A DNA stretch of 64,000 nucleotides from Spirochaetia bacterium (GCA_963675665.1 OY776510.1:1344001-1408000); one strand, 5' to 3'. Shown: positions 7,816 to 18,130, counted from the first letter of the stretch. The notes: generated by a model from the letters alone, not told the origin. Made by a program: numbers and translations.

Positions 7816-8577
7816 ATGCTTAAAGAGCTTGCTGATAAATCGATCGATAAAAGTATTCCCATTCCGCTTTATTTTCAATTGAAAGAAATACTGCTCGGTT
7901 ATCTGGAAACCCTTGAGGACGGGGACATAATTCCGACTGAAGTAGATCTTTGCAAGCATTTCGATATCAGCCGCCCGACCGTCCGTCAGGCAATCAATGA
8001 GCTTGTAACCGAAGGCCAGATAGTGCGCCGGAAGGGCAAAGGCTCGTTTGTTTCCCGAAGCAAAATTAAGCAGGATTTTCTTCTTGTCCTTGAAAGTTTC
8101 AATACAGAGATGGCTGAAAAAGGTCTGACGCCTGAAACAAAACTGGTGAGTATAAAGATCCGGGGCGCCAGCGCGCGCGCGGCTGAAGTTTTCGGCATCA
8201 ACACGGGAGATGATCTTGTATTCATCAGCAGGCTGCGATCGATCAATAATGAGCCCATTGTACTTGTAAATACATGGCTTCCGGCGGATCGTTTTGCATC
8301 CATACTGAACTTTGATATGGAACACGAATCACTCTATGAAGTTATGGAAAATGAATTCGGTTGCGTTCTGACTAATACCAAGAGGTACCTGGAAGCGCGG
8401 CTCGCAGGCGATTTTGAGGCTGAAAAACTGGAAATCTCTGTTGGCGATCCCGTCCAGTTTATCGAAACAATTGCCACGGAAGGCGATGATATTCCCGTAG
8501 AATTTTCCCTTGCATATTACCGCGGAGATCGAAACCGGTTTGCCCTTGAGGTCAGCAGGCGCGGGGTGCCGGTCTGA
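7816..8577 (+). CDS. GntR family (HutC/UTRA) transcriptional regulator
   Basis: PLYFQLK, IPTE, ISRPTVRQA, GKGSFV wHTH; C-terminal UTRA-like domain; start ATG 7816. Confidence 0.92.
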   Translation: MLKELADKSIDKSIPIPLYFQLKEILLGYLETLEDGDIIPTEVDLCKHFDISRPTVRQAINELVTEGQIVRRKGKGSFVSRSKIKQDFLLVLESFNTEMAEKGLTPETKLVSIKIRGASARAAEVFGINTGDDLVFISRLRSINNEPIVLVNTWLPADRFASILNFDMEHESLYEVMENEFGCVLTNTKRYLEARLAGDFEAEKLEISVGDPVQFIETIATEGDDIPVEFSLAYYRGDRNRFALEVSRRGVPV

Positions 8578-8609
8578 GAGCTGATATACAGGGTATTTCA
8601 GATTATGGG

Positions 8610-8639
8610 GATCTCTAAAAACTGCAGTTTTTAGAGATC
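8610..8639. repeat. Perfect 30-bp palindrome between convergent genes
   Basis: GATCTCTAAAAACTG|CAGTTTTTAGAGATC. Confidence 0.8.
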
Positions 8640-8653
8640 TTCCTTAGATTATT

Positions 8654-10012
8654 TTATTCGAGCTTTACCTTTTCCCAGATCGGTTCCAGTTCTCCGGATG
8701 TTTTCTGCAGCGCATCTTTTACATCGGATTTTATCAGATCCAGGAATTCCCTTCTGCTCATGCCTTTATGCGACGCATCGTTGAAAACCATCGGCTCTCC
8801 CGCAAGAATGACTGCATGCTGTCCCGATGGAGTATTATGTCTGCTGATATCTCCGCCGGAGGCCCTGTTAACCACATCAAGAAGGTTGAGAACAAACTCG
8901 CAGCCTCGTCCCGCAGAAAACGGCGGATCTATATATGACGTATGAATGTATTCCAGCACATCGAATATCCTTTCGTAACGGATAGATACTTCGGCTTTCA
9001 TCGCATTGAAATCCAGCAGCGCGCGTTGCAGCGGAGGCAGCGATGCAGGATCTGTTTTTTCGGGGTAGAATGCGTCCGATCCCGCGTACCTTACCCTGAA
9101 CAATCTGTCCATCGCGGTTCCGTCAGGCGGCAGGCCCGCAGCTTTTTCGGCGGCGGCAAGAAGAGCATCACAAAGATGTTTAATCCTTTCATCGATTTCT
9201 GCCGGCCCGGGTTTTTCTGTTTTCTGCGGCGCCGGAATACCGCAAAGGGGTTCAATAACTGATATCGTTTTATTGGCCGCATCTATAAGCAGATCATGCA
9301 GCTTGCCTGATTCGCGGTTTTCAAGCCGGAAGCCGGTCAAGTCTTCCCACAGCGAAAGTTTATTTCTGATGAAAGCTTCAGGGTCAGGGCCGTAACTGTA
9401 ACCGAGCGAAAGCGGTACAACGGCAACCGGCTTCCCGCTTTCAAGCCCCCACCTGACAAGAGATGAGATTCCGGGTGCAATTTCGAAAGTTCTGTACATG
9501 TGGTAAACAATCTGTTCTTCGGGAGCAAGTATGACTGGAAATCGTCCGTTTTTCATTTCACTGCGCAGGATATGCAGGGCTTGACGGTTGCTGCTCCGGT
9601 TCTGTACAGGTATTGCGCCTATTCGCGGGAAAAGCCAGATGGTTATTTTTCCGGCCCAGTTGGGCACGTCTCTGCCATACAGAAAACGCACATGGCTCAG
9701 GTTGCGCCCTTTTTCGATTTTTCTCCTGAGGGCGTTATTGAAACTGTACATCAGCACCGAAGGGTCTTCTTTTGCGGCATGTCTGAATACAAAAACCAGG
9801 CGGTGTTCGCCGTTATAAAACCCTTTTATTGCATCAATTATCCGTTCTTCGTGAATAAAACTTACTTTTGAAACGCCTTCGACAAACCGAAGGTAGATTC
9901 CGCTGACAATTATCATGAACCTCCGGACCGGCGCAGAAAAATGAGGCGCAAGAAAACCACGGCCTTTTACTGCCCGCCGGATATAAATTCTGTTTCGGGT
10001 TTTTCCGGTCAT
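8654..10012 (-). CDS. Phospholipid/glycerol acyltransferase (PlsC-like)
   Basis: FRHAAKEDP (HX4D), IGAIPVQ, ILAPEE, VVPLSL blocks. Confidence 0.7.
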   Translation of the reverse strand: MTGKTRNRIYIRRAVKGRGFLAPHFSAPVRRFMIIVSGIYLRFVEGVSKVSFIHEERIIDAIKGFYNGEHRLVFVFRHAAKEDPSVLMYSFNNALRRKIEKGRNLSHVRFLYGRDVPNWAGKITIWLFPRIGAIPVQNRSSNRQALHILRSEMKNGRFPVILAPEEQIVYHMYRTFEIAPGISSLVRWGLESGKPVAVVPLSLGYSYGPDPEAFIRNKLSLWEDLTGFRLENRESGKLHDLLIDAANKTISVIEPLCGIPAPQKTEKPGPAEIDERIKHLCDALLAAAEKAAGLPPDGTAMDRLFRVRYAGSDAFYPEKTDPASLPPLQRALLDFNAMKAEVSIRYERIFDVLEYIHTSYIDPPFSAGRGCEFVLNLLDVVNRASGGDISRHNTPSGQHAVILAGEPMVFNDASHKGMSRREFLDLIKSDVKDALQKTSGELEPIWEKVKLE

Positions 10013-11349
10013 CAGCTATTTATATTCCCTGCCTCAGCAATCATTCGGTCGTAATAAGCCTTGCTTATCGGGTAGAAAGACAGGATCACCATTCCGGTTA
10101 TGTAAAACAGCGCCGGCGCCGGGCCGCATATTAATTTTATACCGGTAATTGTTTCTCTGGTGAGCTCGGTATTCGGGTTGTAATTGAAGACTGCAAGAAC
10201 CCAGCCGTTAAGCGCCAGCGCAATTGCCTGGCCTATCTTGCTGAGAAATGTCCACAGGCTGGAAAAAACCCCTTCCCGTCTTATTCCTTCATGATGGACC
10301 GAATCGTGTTCGACAACATCAGGAAGAATCGAGTGAGGAATTACATAATGCGTCGACAGGCCTGTTCCGGCTATTCCCATGATAACCACAGCTCCCCATA
10401 CGCCTAAAGCTTCGCCTGCAAGTGAAAAACCAAGCACTCCCGCCGTCATTATTCCCATTCCCGCTATATAACACCATTTTTTTCCGATTTTCTGTGAAAT
10501 TTTCACCCATATCGGTATAAAGGCCAGGCTTGTTACAAGAAGGGCCACCAGCGCTATCTGAAACATTCCCTCGTCCTTGAATATATACTTGAAATAATAC
10601 AGAAGAGCGCCCTGGACCATTGAAGTGCCGAGTATGAAAAGCGACCACGGAACAAGCGCAAGCAGGAAGACCTTATTCGTCAGGGCCTGGGCATAGGTTT
10701 TAAAGAACCCTTCGCCGCCCTGTGGTTCGGGATGCCCGGGTTCTCTGACCGCCCAGATAGTGATCATGCTTGTAACCAGCATTATCAGGCCGGCAAGATA
10801 ACCCATGAATTCCCAGCCTGTTTCGGGCATGCTGAAGATGCCGGTAATCGGCATTACTGCCCCGGCTCCGACAAAGGTGCCGAGAACTGCAAAGCTCATA
10901 CGGTACCCGGTCAGAATAGTCCGCTGATCAAAATCTTGGGAAAGTTCAGGCAGCAGTGCCGCGTAGGGTATGTTTACAAGGGTATAAGCAGTATTGAGAA
11001 GACAGTAAACAAGAGTAAAATAGATAAACAACTGTGTCTGACTGTTGAATCCCGGGGTGGTGAACATCAGGCCCATTAAAACAAGGGCCCCGATTGAGCC
11101 GACAAACATATAGGGCCTTCTTCGGCCCCAACGTGTTCTTGTCCGGTCGGAAAGATACCCTGTAGCAGGATCGGTTACGGCGTCCCATATTTTACCGATC
11201 ATTAAAACAGTTCCGGCCAGGGCGGGCGCCAGGCCTGCAATATCAGTAAGATAAAAAAGGAGATAGAAACCTATCATGGTGAAAAACAGGTTTCCTCCCA
11301 GGTCGCCTATCCCGAAACCAAGTTTGATCCTTTTGCCCAGTTTTTCCAT
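10012..11349 (-). CDS. MFS transporter, GPH (MelB-like) family
   Basis: WDAVTDP, DRTRTRWGRRRPY, IPYxAL, RREG; about 12 hydrophobic segments. Confidence 0.92.
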   Translation of the reverse strand: MEKLGKRIKLGFGIGDLGGNLFFTMIGFYLLFYLTDIAGLAPALAGTVLMIGKIWDAVTDPATGYLSDRTRTRWGRRRPYMFVGSIGALVLMGLMFTTPGFNSQTQLFIYFTLVYCLLNTAYTLVNIPYAALLPELSQDFDQRTILTGYRMSFAVLGTFVGAGAVMPITGIFSMPETGWEFMGYLAGLIMLVTSMITIWAVREPGHPEPQGGEGFFKTYAQALTNKVFLLALVPWSLFILGTSMVQGALLYYFKYIFKDEGMFQIALVALLVTSLAFIPIWVKISQKIGKKWCYIAGMGIMTAGVLGFSLAGEALGVWGAVVIMGIAGTGLSTHYVIPHSILPDVVEHDSVHHEGIRREGVFSSLWTFLSKIGQAIALALNGWVLAVFNYNPNTELTRETITGIKLICGPAPALFYITGMVILSFYPISKAYYDRMIAEAGNINS

Positions 11350-11453
11350 CGGATTCTCCCTGTTTGAAAGTATGGAATATTGTAAGGGGTAAGTGCCGTA
11401 AACACAAATAAAAAAGACTGATTAAACTGTTGTTGATAAACCTGAGTGGAATT

Positions 11454-11475
11454 AGTTAATAAAACAGTTTACAAA
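11454..11475. promoter_or_regulatory. Candidate ROK operator 1
   Basis: AGTTAATAAAACAGTTTACAAA, 18/22 identical to 12767-12788. Confidence 0.5.
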
Positions 11476-11505
11476 ACATATTTGTCATGCTAAGATTCAA
11501 TCCTC

Positions 11506-12735
11506 ATGGATAAAACGCAACGGCTATCGCTAAAACAGAACAACAGAAAAATCGTCCTGGATATGTTCAGGAAAGCTTCCGTTCTCTCCGTTGCTGATGT
11601 CAGCATAAAAACAGGCATCAGCAAACCGACGATACAGAAAGTAATAAATCATTTTATGGAATCAGGATTTATTATTCCTGAAGGTAAAGGGAGTTCCACC
11701 GATGAAGGAGGAAAAAAGCCTCTTCTGTACAGTTTTAACAGGTTGTATGGTTACGTGATTGCTATTCACGTCGGTCCGGATTTTTTGTATTCCGCAATAA
11801 TAGATATGAAATCTGAGATTCTTCACAGCGATTTTCAACAGCTCGGCGATATCGGTATTGAAGAAGTGACCCGGATGTGCGCCGAAGTAATAACGAACTA
11901 TTCTGAAGATGAAAAAGTTTCCGCCGGCAGATTAATTTCTGTTACTATTGCATTGCCCGGTGTTGTAGATCCGGCAACCGGATGTCTTGTGGTTACTCCC
12001 CACTTTCACAACTGGGGGAATAATTTCCCTTTTGTTTCAGAACTGAAAAAACTTGTTTCGTTATCCGTACCTGTTCAATGCGACAATATTAACAGATACC
12101 AGGCTTTTGCTGAAATGAAAGCCGGCAAGGCAATCGGCAAAAGAAATTTCATGATAATTGATGCAATGGAAGAAGGTTTGGGAAGCGGGATAGTAGTTAA
12201 CGGAGAGCTCAAACACGGGGCCCAGAATTTCTCCGGTGAAGTTGGCCATATGTTGCTGATGCCTATCAGCGGTCCGAAATGTATCTGCGGCGGCAAGGGT
12301 TGTTTTGAGGCCCTTGTAAGTTTGAAAAGAATTGGAGCGTTGATAGAAGAAGGCCGTAAACGGCATAAGGATTCATTAATTTTTGGAGATGAGAATAAAA
12401 ACACTCTTCTCGAGCGGCTTTTCAATGCGTTTGAAAATGAAGATGAGTTTGCCGCGGTCATCATGGATGAAATAGCGTTCTGGTTTGCTTCAGGCATTAA
12501 TAATGTTGTTTTGATAAATGATCCTGAGTTGATCATACTTGAGGGAATATACAATGTTGTCGGAGACAGATTTATAGAGCTTGTTAAATATCATCTTGAC
12601 AGGGTTGCCTATCCCGGAATAAAGCGCTCGGTTCAGATAGAATTTTCTGCCTTTGGTCCGGAGCGGGGCATTCTTGGGGCCGGAACATATGCGATCTGGT
12701 TATTCTTTAATCAGCCTGAATTCTATTCGGATTGA
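11506..12735 (+). CDS. ROK family transcriptional repressor
   Basis: N-terminal HTH (TGISKPTI, GGKKP), GLGSGIV, GEVGH, CICGGKGCFE. Confidence 0.92.
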   Translation: MDKTQRLSLKQNNRKIVLDMFRKASVLSVADVSIKTGISKPTIQKVINHFMESGFIIPEGKGSSTDEGGKKPLLYSFNRLYGYVIAIHVGPDFLYSAIIDMKSEILHSDFQQLGDIGIEEVTRMCAEVITNYSEDEKVSAGRLISVTIALPGVVDPATGCLVVTPHFHNWGNNFPFVSELKKLVSLSVPVQCDNINRYQAFAEMKAGKAIGKRNFMIIDAMEEGLGSGIVVNGELKHGAQNFSGEVGHMLLMPISGPKCICGGKGCFEALVSLKRIGALIEEGRKRHKDSLIFGDENKNTLLERLFNAFENEDEFAAVIMDEIAFWFASGINNVVLINDPELIILEGIYNVVGDRFIELVKYHLDRVAYPGIKRSVQIEFSAFGPERGILGAGTYAIWLFFNQPEFYSD

Positions 12736-12766
12736 TTTTTAAGCTAATGGCTTTTAAAATTTCATC

Positions 12767-12788
12767 AGTTATTAAAACGGTTTGTAAA
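12767..12788. promoter_or_regulatory. Candidate ROK operator 2
   Basis: AGTTATTAAAACGGTTTGTAAA upstream of the SDR gene. Confidence 0.5.
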
Positions 12789-12829
12789 GTCTTAAACATA
12801 TTTTCTATCCAGGAAGCAAGGAGTTATAT

Positions 12830-13624
12830 ATGGAACTGGGATTGAAAGGAAAACAGGTTTTTATTTCGGGCGGAAGCGTCGGAATCGGTCTGGCAGTTGC
12901 CAGGGCATTTGCCCGTGAAGGTGCAGAGGTAGCAATCGGGGCAAGGAACAAAGAGCGTGTTGAAGCGGAAGCTGCAAAGATAGCTGAAGATTTTGGAGTG
13001 AGAACTCTTGGTATTTCGGTAGATGTTTCAAAAGCTGATGCAATCGAGGCTGCACGAAAGATAATAGAGAAAGAGTTCGGAGGTATCGATATTCTGATCA
13101 ATAATGCAGGAACCGGCACCGAAGAAACGGTAATGGATTCAACCGACGAGAAATGGTACGCCGTCTGGGACCTTCATGTTATGAGTACCGTCCGTACGGC
13201 CCGCGCATTCGTGCCCTATATGCGGAAACGCGGCGGCGGAGTAATTCTTAATACAGCAAGTATCTGTGCTACCCAGCCTCTCTGGTATGAACCGATTTAC
13301 AATACGACAAAGGCTGCTTTGCTGATGCTGGGTAAATGCATGGCTAATGAATTTATAGCCGATAACATCAGGGTTAATACAATGAGCCCCGGTCTTGTCC
13401 TTACGCCGGACTGGTGGAAGACCGCCGGAATTCTGGCTGAAAAGGAAGGTACAACGGCAAAGGATTACCTCGACGGAGTTGCAAAGCAGTATTCAAAGAA
13501 TGAAAGGTTCGCAAGCCCTGAAGAAATTGCGGAGTATTATGTGTTTCTTGCCTCCGACTGCGGAAAATACAGTGTGGGTTCAAACTATTATGTCGACGGC
13601 GGCTGGCTTGGCGGCGTTCGTTAA
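12830..13624 (+). CDS. SDR family oxidoreductase
   Basis: SGGSVGIG, NNAG, YNTTK (YxxxK), VDGG. Confidence 0.93.
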   Translation: MELGLKGKQVFISGGSVGIGLAVARAFAREGAEVAIGARNKERVEAEAAKIAEDFGVRTLGISVDVSKADAIEAARKIIEKEFGGIDILINNAGTGTEETVMDSTDEKWYAVWDLHVMSTVRTARAFVPYMRKRGGGVILNTASICATQPLWYEPIYNTTKAALLMLGKCMANEFIADNIRVNTMSPGLVLTPDWWKTAGILAEKEGTTAKDYLDGVAKQYSKNERFASPEEIAEYYVFLASDCGKYSVGSNYYVDGGWLGGVR

Positions 13625-13720
13625 ACAGCCTCCATGCTGAAGCAAAACATCTGCAGCGAAGCGAAGCCGTTTTGTTTCAGTGCAGGTGTTCGCGGGATTA
13701 AATTATTAACAGGAGATTAT

Positions 13721-14761
13721 ATGGGTGAAAAGATGAAACAGGCTGTAATGACAGCCCCGAAAACAATAGAATTTGTACAGGTTGATATACCTTCTCCGGG
13801 GCCGGGAGAGGTACAGATTAACATCAAACGAATAGGTGTCTGCGGCAGCGATATACATGTTTATCACGGGCTGCATCCATATACAAGTTACCCGATCGTG
13901 CAGGGACATGAAACTGCCGGTGAGGTAACAGCGGTAGGCGCAGGCGTTACCTCTTTTAAACCGGGAGACAAGGTTACGCCTGAACCCCAGGTTTTCTGCG
14001 GAAAATGCTGGCCCTGCACGCATGGTCTATACAATATCTGCAATGAGCTCAAGGTTATCGGTTTTCAGACAAACGGAACAGCATGCGACTACTTTACATA
14101 TCCGGCTGACTGTCTGGTAAAGCTTCCCGACGATATGAGTTATGAGCAGGGCGCCATGATTGAGCCCCTGTCCGTTGCAGTTCGTGCGGTTAAGAAAGCC
14201 GGTGATATAAAAGGCAAGGATGTCCTGGTTATGGGTGCAGGTCCGATAGGAAACCTTGTGGCGCAGACAGCAAAAGGGGTCGGGGCTTCGTCGGTTATGG
14301 CTGCTGACATTAACAGTTTCAGGCTGGAGAAGGCGGCGGAATGCGGTATTGATTATACGGTTAATCCCTCAAAGGAGGATCTCGGGAAAAAGCTTAAAGA
14401 ACTTTTTAGTGAAGAAAAGATGGCTGATGTCATTTTTGAATGTACCGGTGTTCAGCCCGGGCTTGAAGCTGTTATTTCCAATGCCCGAAAAGGAACCGAT
14501 ATTGTGGTTGTCGCTGTATACGGCAAACCTCCCACGGTGGATATGGCGCTTGTAAATGAAGCGGAACTCAGGCTTATCGGAACAGCCCGTTATAACATAG
14601 ATGATTTTCGCACTGCCATCGGTTTGGTAAATGACGGAAAAGTCCGGCTTGCTCCGCTGGTAACCGACACCTTTGATTTTGCCGAATATGACGCAGCCTA
14701 CAGGAAGATTGAAAACAGCCCTGAGACGACTATGAAAGTTATGATAAAGGTCAACGATTGA
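13721..14761 (+). CDS. Zinc-dependent polyol (sorbitol-type) dehydrogenase
   Basis: GVCGSD, GHE, CGKCWPC..C, GAGPIG; start ATG 13721 behind AGGAG. Confidence 0.92.
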   Translation: MGEKMKQAVMTAPKTIEFVQVDIPSPGPGEVQINIKRIGVCGSDIHVYHGLHPYTSYPIVQGHETAGEVTAVGAGVTSFKPGDKVTPEPQVFCGKCWPCTHGLYNICNELKVIGFQTNGTACDYFTYPADCLVKLPDDMSYEQGAMIEPLSVAVRAVKKAGDIKGKDVLVMGAGPIGNLVAQTAKGVGASSVMAADINSFRLEKAAECGIDYTVNPSKEDLGKKLKELFSEEKMADVIFECTGVQPGLEAVISNARKGTDIVVVAVYGKPPTVDMALVNEAELRLIGTARYNIDDFRTAIGLVNDGKVRLAPLVTDTFDFAEYDAAYRKIENSPETTMKVMIKVND

Positions 14762-14768
14762 TCAGGAG

Positions 14769-16211
14769 ATGATAATGAAAAAACTGGTTCTGAAAATCGG
14801 TTTAATGGGCGGCGTCCATCCTAATATGCCGGGTGACGACGTCGGTTTGTATAAAAACATTGTAAGCAGTATGTCCGTCATGGCTGATCAGCAGGGCTTT
14901 GAACTTGTAACGGTTTCCGATCCGGTAAAATCAGAGGCTGATGCAAATGCTGCTGTGGCCAGAATGAATGCAGAAGCGGTTGATATTACCGTCTTCTTCA
15001 GCGCGTCTCTGCCTTATGGGCGTACGGCCATGCCGTTGCCGCGGCTTGAATCGGCAATCGGGCTATGGGCTGTGCCCGAGCCTGTTAATGACGGAGTGCT
15101 GCAGCTGAATTCATTTTGCGGCTTGAACATGTTCGGCTCAATACTCAGAAATTATTTCAGCGCCGAAGATATTAAATACAAGTGGTTTTACGGACTGCCC
15201 GACTCGGAAATGTTTCAGAACCGTTTTAAGGTGACCCTGGCTGCGATAAGGGCCGTAAAAAAATTGAAGGAATCAAGAATCGGGCAGATCGGCGATCTTG
15301 CCGACGGGTTTGAGAACCTGTATGTGGATGAGCGAGAATTGAACCACAGGTTCGGGACGTATATTCAATCAAGGCATACAGTTGAGGATATTGTGCGGAG
15401 AGCGGAGTCCTATAAAACGGATGAGCTTGAGCAGCTTGCTTCGACGGTAAGGCAGGAGGGAAACTGGAACAAAGACAGGGTAGGCAGTCTTGAATTTGAG
15501 AAATTCGTAAGGCTTAACCGGGCTTTTTTCGACTTTGCAGATGAGTATGATTACAACGCGCTTGCAATCAGCTGCTGGAGCAAGTTTCAGGAAGTTTATG
15601 ATATTGCCGTATGCGGTGCCCTGAGCAGGCTTAATAACAACGGAATAGTAGCGCCGTGTGAGGCCGATGTCAGCAGCGCGGTCGGTATGCTGATTCTTAA
15701 CGCTCTGAACGGGGAGGCGTCATCACTGAATGATATGGTGGCCCTTGATGAGAAGGATAACAGCGTAAACCTATGGCATTGCGGTGTTGCCGCAGGCTGC
15801 TGGGCGAATACGGCGGGAGTTTCCTGGGATTCCCATTTCAACATAGGTGAATATAAGGGTGCCAAATGGCAGGGCAGAGGTGTTGTTGCCGATATGCAGT
15901 TTAAGCCGGGAGCCGTTACTGTTTTTAACATGCAGAATTCATTTGACAACCTTTTTATTTTGACCGGAGAAATAATGCCTGATAAAAAGGGATATGCAGG
16001 CTCCGGGGGATGGATGAATAATCTGAAAATCAATGATCAGGATGTGAATATTGCCGAGCTTATAAATACAATCAGCATTGGAAAGGTAAATCATCATTAT
16101 CCCGCAGCCTTCGGCAACCTGACTGCTGAACTGAACGAGTTTGCATTCTGGAAAGACTTGAATGTGCTTGGGAAAATTTCATATAAAAATTATATGCAAA
16201 AATTTCTTTAG
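14769..16211 (+). CDS. L-fucose/L-arabinose isomerase family protein
   Basis: LNSFCG, AISCW, CEAD, WHCG, HHY motifs. Confidence 0.8.
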   Translation: MIMKKLVLKIGLMGGVHPNMPGDDVGLYKNIVSSMSVMADQQGFELVTVSDPVKSEADANAAVARMNAEAVDITVFFSASLPYGRTAMPLPRLESAIGLWAVPEPVNDGVLQLNSFCGLNMFGSILRNYFSAEDIKYKWFYGLPDSEMFQNRFKVTLAAIRAVKKLKESRIGQIGDLADGFENLYVDERELNHRFGTYIQSRHTVEDIVRRAESYKTDELEQLASTVRQEGNWNKDRVGSLEFEKFVRLNRAFFDFADEYDYNALAISCWSKFQEVYDIAVCGALSRLNNNGIVAPCEADVSSAVGMLILNALNGEASSLNDMVALDEKDNSVNLWHCGVAAGCWANTAGVSWDSHFNIGEYKGAKWQGRGVVADMQFKPGAVTVFNMQNSFDNLFILTGEIMPDKKGYAGSGGWMNNLKINDQDVNIAELINTISIGKVNHHYPAAFGNLTAELNEFAFWKDLNVLGKISYKNYMQKFL

Positions 16212-16220
16212 GTGGTAAAT

Positions 16221-17081
16221 ATGAATAATATTGGTATTCATTACGGTTGTTTTGTTACTAATTGGCGTGATGAGCAATTCGGACTTATAAATAAAGTAAG
16301 CAAAATGGGTTTTAATACGCTGGAGATAGGCTATGATTATCTCCTTGATAAAGATGCTGTTGAACTGAAATCTGTCAGAGAGGAAGCTGAAAGATTAAAT
16401 GTCGAGCTTGTGATGAGTCTCGGCATGGCCCCCGAACACGATATTTCCTCTTCCGACAGCGAAATAAGAAAGGCCGGGATTAAAGCCCTTCAGCGCATGG
16501 CCGAAACAATGGCGACCTGCGGAATTACGGACTGCTGCGGGGTTGTATACTGCCAGTGGAATAAAACCGCGGGAAGTATGAAAGAAAGGAACGAATCGTG
16601 GAAGTTCAGCATTGCATCGATGAAGGAAGCAATTAAAGCCTTTGAAGATAACGGTGTTTTCCTGGATCTGGAACCGACAAACCGGTTTGAAAACTCATTA
16701 ATTAACAGCTGTGATCAGGCCCTTGAGTATCTTCAGGAAGCGGGTTCGGCCAATATAGGTATTCATCTGGATACCTTTCATATGAATATAGAAGAAGATT
16801 CTTTTGTCGCCCCGATTGTGAAAGCGGGAGACAGGCTGAGGTATTTTCATATCGGAGAAAACAACAGAAAGATACCCGGCACAGGTTCTTTGCCCTGGAA
16901 GACCATTTTTGATGCACTCAAAGCGGTATCGTACTCAGGCCCCATAGTAATGGAACCCTTTATCAGGCCTGTCGGAGAAATTGGACCTTCAGTCAGTCTG
17001 TACCGGAATGTTGCAGACCTGTCGAATTATGATGAAGATCTTGTAGTCTCGCTCGGTTTTGTAAGATCAATGCTCAGATAG
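16221..17081 (+). CDS. D-psicose/D-tagatose 3-epimerase family sugar epimerase
   Basis: EPTNRFE, HLDTFHMNIEE, HIGENNR, MEPF. Confidence 0.88.
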   Translation: MNNIGIHYGCFVTNWRDEQFGLINKVSKMGFNTLEIGYDYLLDKDAVELKSVREEAERLNVELVMSLGMAPEHDISSSDSEIRKAGIKALQRMAETMATCGITDCCGVVYCQWNKTAGSMKERNESWKFSIASMKEAIKAFEDNGVFLDLEPTNRFENSLINSCDQALEYLQEAGSANIGIHLDTFHMNIEEDSFVAPIVKAGDRLRYFHIGENNRKIPGTGSLPWKTIFDALKAVSYSGPIVMEPFIRPVGEIGPSVSLYRNVADLSNYDEDLVVSLGFVRSMLR

Positions 17082-17095
17082 ACAGGAGGAGAATT

Positions 17096-18130
17096 ATGTA
17101 TTCCGCAGCAGTTATCAAACCCGGAGTTGTCGAAATAGTTGAACTGCCGAAACCGGAAGTTGGGCCTTATGATGCAATTGTAAAGACGGAAGCGGCATTT
17201 ATATGCAATGCCACCGACCGAAAGGTGATAGACGGACATTTTCCCGGCCTGGGGCTGGAAAATTATCCGCTTCTGCTCGGACATGAATCGGTCGGTATAG
17301 TAACGGAAACAGGGGAGAAGGTTGCAACGTTCAGGCCCGGAGACCGTGCAATCGGCGGCCTTCTGCTTAATCCGCCCGGGGGGAAGTACGGATCGGGATG
17401 GGGCGGGCACTCGGAGTATATTCTTATGCGGGACCATAATGCGATGGTGGCGGACGGAGTAGCGGACGCCGAACACGGCTGGGACGACAGTCTTCAGATA
17501 ATGAAGACTGTCCCGAAGGTTCTTTCTCTGGAGGCTGCTGCCCTGCTATGCACCTGGCGTGAAGTATATGCCGGTATGTTTACTGATTTCAGTCTGAAAG
17601 AAAATGATAATATTGTGGTTTTCGGCGCAGGCCCTGTCGGCCTCTCGTTTGTTAAATTTGCCAAACTGAAAGGGCTCGGAAAGGTTGTCAGTATCGATCC
17701 GCTTGAGACCAAACGTAAAAAAGCGCTTTTAATGGGAGCGGATGAAGTGTACGCGCCGGATGATCCGGCAGTTGCGAAACTGAACGGACTTGATGCGGTT
17801 ATTGACGCAGTAGGGCATCAGAACATTATTAATGCGGCCGTTCCCATGGTCCGGATGGGCGGCAGCATATGCGTTTACGGAGTTGTCGGAAGCCCGACGA
17901 TAACGCTGAACAAGGATGCCGGTCCTTATAACTTTAACCTTCTTATTCATCAGTGGCCGACAAGGCATGCTGAAGCGGCAGCGCATGAACCTCTTATTGA
18001 GTGGGTCAAAGCCGGGCATCTGCGGGCGGAAGATTTTGTTACCGGGGTTTTTCCGGTTGACAATATTGCGGATGCGGTTGAAGCTGTAAAAAAACCGGAT
18101 TCAATCAAGACGATGCTGAAATTCAGGTAA
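17096..18130 (+). CDS. Zinc-binding (MDR) dehydrogenase
   Basis: ICNATD, LGHESVG, GAGPVG; no four-Cys structural Zn loop. Confidence 0.85.
   Translation: MYSAAVIKPGVVEIVELPKPEVGPYDAIVKTEAAFICNATDRKVIDGHFPGLGLENYPLLLGHESVGIVTETGEKVATFRPGDRAIGGLLLNPPGGKYGSGWGGHSEYILMRDHNAMVADGVADAEHGWDDSLQIMKTVPKVLSLEAAALLCTWREVYAGMFTDFSLKENDNIVVFGAGPVGLSFVKFAKLKGLGKVVSIDPLETKRKKALLMGADEVYAPDDPAVAKLNGLDAVIDAVGHQNIINAAVPMVRMGGSICVYGVVGSPTITLNKDAGPYNFNLLIHQWPTRHAEAAAHEPLIEWVKAGHLRAEDFVTGVFPVDNIADAVEAVKKPDSIKTMLKFR

Noticed and set aside
7056-7862. 268-aa antisense ORF
   Set aside because: Shadow of eda; no recognisable motifs.
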